Sequence record: DRR378314_2505
DNA: 42,575 nt
Reading direction: 5' to 3' (one strand)
The translations under genes and the position numbers were made by a program. Shown piece after piece: positions 39,851-42,575 of the stretch. The notes under the pieces are model-generated. The model saw only the letters and a list, made by a program, of their open reading frames with translations, was not told the origin of the DNA and made no database searches. Every line of letters starts with the position of its first letter. Position 1 is the first letter of the stretch.

Positions 39851-40347
39851 GGCGTCCTCCCCGCCCCACGATACTCGGCGAACTGCCCACCCCATTGGTC
39901 GAGCTCGGTACTGACGTATCGGGTGATCTCACTGGTCTCCAGCTGCCCGAAGCTCACCGCGATCCAGCTGGCGCGGTTCCGCAGGGCTTCGACATACCTG
40001 CTGCGCAGCGTGTCCAGGAAGCAGCCGGCCCGATCCGTCGCGCCGTAACTGAAACCATTCGCGTCCACCGTCACTGAGACAAGACCACGCCTGGCGTACA
40101 AAGCGAGGCCAGGTTCCAGCACGGCACGCCGCACGAGAACCTCCGCTCCGCGTTGTGGCACAGCAGGATGGAGGCTCTCGGGACCTCCGTCCACGTCGGC
40201 CGAGTGGACCAGCAGGTAGTCGAGCAGAACGAGCCGCTGAAGATCGTGGTGGTGACGGTCAAGCTCGACGAGGACACACAGCGAGCGCAGCCCAAGCTCG
40301 ACTGGCGAGTTAAACACCCACGATGTTGTCGCGTCCGGCGTACCCAT
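39847..40347 (-). CDS. ABC-3C middle component (LmuC-like)
   Basis: FNSPVELGLR...LQRLVLLDYLLVHSAD...SLHP; translational coupling on both sides (TGATG, ATGA). Confidence 0.8.
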   Translation of the reverse strand: MGTPDATTSWVFNSPVELGLRSLCVLVELDRHHHDLQRLVLLDYLLVHSADVDGGPESLHPAVPQRGAEVLVRRAVLEPGLALYARRGLVSVTVDANGFSYGATDRAGCFLDTLRSRYVEALRNRASWIAVSFGQLETSEITRYVSTELDQWGGQFAEYRGAGRTP

Positions 40348-41420
40348 CACTGAACCCACTTGAGTCGAGCGTTGTCGGCGAGCTGGTGGCAGATGCCAGC
40401 CTTGTCTTTGACCCCGAGCACCTGTCGCAGGGCGTTGTTCGTCGGGTCAAGCTGCTGCGCTACTCCCGTCGCGGCCTTAACCCGTTGAAACCCATCGGCG
40501 TGGCTAATGTCCTCCACGGTGTCGATGACTGCATCGAAGAACTCCTCCTGAAGATCTTCAAATTGCCCAGGGGGAAGGGTGTCGCGGGAGAAATTACGAA
40601 GTGATTCCGCATGAAAGAATCGCTCGCGGCTCCGCAGCAAATGCCGATGGAGAGCCTCGTGCGCGGCCAAGCTCGCGACGCTCAGGGCCACGCCGGTGTG
40701 ATCGGAGTACGCCTCGAGGAGTCGACCGATGTATAGGCTCTCGAACTTTTCCTCGTCGATGTGCGGGACTTTGGCTGGCGGGCGAGGCGGTAGGCCGCCT
40801 GGAAATCGAGCGGCATGCCAGCGCGTCAACGCATGTTGCTCGATGATATCCATCGGCGGGACGTAGCTGACGATGCTGAAGTCGAAGCTCTCGACGAAGT
40901 TCAGGAGCTCGCCGGTCAGCGGAACTTTCTTCGTGGAGGTGATGTGCTCCTCGCACTTTCTCGCCCAGTCCTTGATGAGCCGCGCGCGGAGCTCCTCCGG
41001 CTCCTTGAAAAGCAGCGACAGACTGTTCCCCGCCCCCTGGGGAGCCACGAAATAGTACTCGGTTGGGGCCGAAAACGCCTTCTCGTAAACGTAGTAGCAG
41101 AGCTTCCCCAGCTCGAGGACAACCTGGTTCGGCTGCAGCGGGTCCTTATAGTGCTTGCACTGGTAGTTGTGCCACTCATCGTCGGAGACAAATGCCACAA
41201 CGTCGCGGCCGAGGTCGCCCGCTCCGCCACAGCGCTCAACTCGTTGGTACCTGCTCTTCAGGCTGTGGGCCCATTCCAGAGCGAAGTCCTCCCACTGGCC
41301 AGGGGAAAAAATGCGCAAGAGGTCGATGGCGGGCACAATCGTGCTACTCGCGGGCGTTGGCACCACGGTGTCTACTGTGGGCTCCTTCAGCGGCTGCGTC
41401 GTTGCCTTCAAAACGCTCAT
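40347..41420 (-). CDS. Mrr-like nuclease effector with ABC-3C C-terminal domain (LmuA-like)
   Basis: WEDF...GGAGDLGRDV...YQCKHY nuclease motif; C-terminal RERFFHAESL...GICHQLAD...LKW. Confidence 0.82.
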   Translation of the reverse strand: MSVLKATTQPLKEPTVDTVVPTPASSTIVPAIDLLRIFSPGQWEDFALEWAHSLKSRYQRVERCGGAGDLGRDVVAFVSDDEWHNYQCKHYKDPLQPNQVVLELGKLCYYVYEKAFSAPTEYYFVAPQGAGNSLSLLFKEPEELRARLIKDWARKCEEHITSTKKVPLTGELLNFVESFDFSIVSYVPPMDIIEQHALTRWHAARFPGGLPPRPPAKVPHIDEEKFESLYIGRLLEAYSDHTGVALSVASLAAHEALHRHLLRSRERFFHAESLRNFSRDTLPPGQFEDLQEEFFDAVIDTVEDISHADGFQRVKAATGVAQQLDPTNNALRQVLGVKDKAGICHQLADNARLKWVQ

Positions 41421-41456
41421 AATCGGAGTCCTCGCTCTTTCCGCCCACGCTCGGCT

Positions 41457-41534
41457 GTCCAACGCAGAGCGCACCGGTGGCCTTTGCAGAGCGAAGCGGC
41501 GTAATGGACATCCGTATGACGCGAACTGTCAGAC
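41457..41534 (-). repeat. attC-like site 1 (78 bp), AAC changed to GAC
   Basis: GTCTGAC-N5-GCG(T)CATA-CGG(A)TGTCC...GGCCACCG-GTGCGC-N5-GTTGGAC: R''/L''/L'/R' geometry with two extrahelical bases, 2 nt after a stop codon. Confidence 0.75.
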
Positions 41535-41536
41535 AT

Positions 41537-42295
41537 TTACACCCCGACTCGATTCCTTGTGGCAGCTGAAAACCCCAAATTGGTGAGATAAATCGGAAAC
41601 TCTGATTTGATAGCTTCGTGGCACCTATTCACTAAAAATTCAACATCTTCAACAGACTTCTTGGCAGACGTTTCACGTATTAGAAGAGGTGATATTTTTG
41701 GCCTATCACAGTTGTGAATACAGTCATGTCTACGCTGAAAAATCATATCGTATCGTTCTTTGACTTTATCCAATGCATCTTTTCGAGCCTTACCTTTCTG
41801 AGAGGGATTTAACTTTCGATAGTCTGTCGCGGCAATGCCAAACATTCTCTGTTTCGATTCACGGTGGGTAATCCATGGCTCAATAGAATCGGCTACCAGT
41901 AATTTTCGGCCTCTCCTAAAAAAATGGTTGAAAAGCTGCTGTATTTTTCCAAGCGAGAGCACATTTTCTTCTTCTATGAGCTCTCTAGCTGCCATTCGCC
42001 ATCGCCACCCACCATTCGCCTGGCGAAGCAAAGCCGTTACCGGAAGTTTTAAATTATTTAACCTGTCTGGCATTTCTATGCCAGGTTCAATTTCCTTTGC
42101 TTGAATGGCCTTGGCCACCAAATCTGCATACGCGTCGGAAAAATAAGCATCACACGCACCAACCCCCATCATCCAACTAGCACGGAGAATATCATCTTTG
42201 ACCATGCCTTCAGCTTGCAACTCAGCATGACCAAGTAGACCTCGAGCACGGGCAATATCTTCGGTAAAATGGCTCATTGCGGTGTCAAGAAGCAC
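41537..42295 (-). CDS. HEPN-like putative RNase
   Basis: DILRASWMMGVGACDAYFSD N-terminal helix and RHDCIH (Rx4H); GTG start after GGAAGGAG; AT-rich. Confidence 0.7.
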   Translation of the reverse strand: MLLDTAMSHFTEDIARARGLLGHAELQAEGMVKDDILRASWMMGVGACDAYFSDAYADLVAKAIQAKEIEPGIEMPDRLNNLKLPVTALLRQANGGWRWRMAARELIEEENVLSLGKIQQLFNHFFRRGRKLLVADSIEPWITHRESKQRMFGIAATDYRKLNPSQKGKARKDALDKVKERYDMIFQRRHDCIHNCDRPKISPLLIRETSAKKSVEDVEFLVNRCHEAIKSEFPIYLTNLGFSAATRNRVGV

Positions 42296-42310
42296 TTGCT
42301 CTCCTTCCCT

Positions 42311-42327
42311 GTCTAACAAATTTTAGG
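42311..42327 (-). other. attI-like / cassette 5' core site
   Basis: CCTAAAA-TTT-GTTAGAC directly before the RBS; resembles class 1 attI CCTAAAACAAAGTTRRRY, one base shorter. Confidence 0.5.
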
Positions 42328-42338
42328 ACGCCGGCTCG

Positions 42339-42548
42339 AATATCCAATGAACCCGCCGGCGTCACATCCCTTTTCTTCATTTCCCCTGACGCAAAATAAA
42401 ACCAGAAAACGCAGCCGCTTACAAACTCTACCGCAAGCAGTCCCCTGATATCTTGACCAACCCGCGTCCCAAAAACGCAAAAAGGCCGCCGACGCTCCCG
42501 CGCCGGCGGCCTTTTAAGTAAGCCCTTACTACCAGCCTAAATCAGATC
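42339..42548. repeat. Copy A of the ~200-bp element abutting the guaA stop
   Basis: Collinear with 34988-35190; similarity ends at the guaA stop codon. Confidence 0.85.
42480..42515 (-). terminator. guaA terminator (bidirectional)
   Basis: AAAAGGCCGCCG...CGGCGGCCTTTT. Confidence 0.8.
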
Positions 42549-42575
42549 ATTCCCACTCAATCGTAGCCGGCGGCT
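42547..42575 (-). CDS. guaA: GMP synthase, 3' end only
   Basis: Translates PPATIEWE*, the conserved GuaA C-terminus. Confidence 0.92.

Noticed and set aside
29500-42575. Integrase, intI or transposase for the island
   Set aside because: No ORF with recognisable tyrosine/serine recombinase or DDE motifs.
1-42575. CRISPR array, tRNA or rRNA genes
   Set aside because: No regularly spaced repeats or recognisable RNA gene signatures seen.

Overview
High-GC gammaproteobacterial chromosome (Alcanivorax/Alloalcanivorax-like is my impression, not proven) ending in the last codons of guaA, a known island integration hotspot. Bases ~1-29.5 kb are a patchwork of accessory genes: a proline-racemase-family enzyme, a large lipoprotein, a LuxR/hydrolase fusion, a VIM-like subclass B1 metallo-beta-lactamase, a diguanylate cyclase, three VOC proteins, regulators, an MFS transporter, HipBA and HigBA toxin-antitoxin pairs, a MazG + nuclease-helicase(DUF2075)-S24 peptidase module, and lldD. 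From ~29.6 kb to guaA is a mostly lower-GC putative defence island with no integrase. It holds an orphan RM-type controller protein with a PvuII-like C-box, a 1263-aa nuclease-like protein, ParDE, two HEPN-like genes and a three-gene ABC-3C/Lamassu-type system. Main observation: the guaA-proximal genes are arranged as an apparently fossilised integron cassette array. It has an attI-like core plus three attC-like sites, each altered in the conserved AAC or GTT triplet, and the whole ~3.6-kb Lamassu operon forms one cassette. A diverged ~200-bp copy of the guaA-downstream segment recurs 7.35 kb away. All family calls are by motif recognition only; no searches were run.
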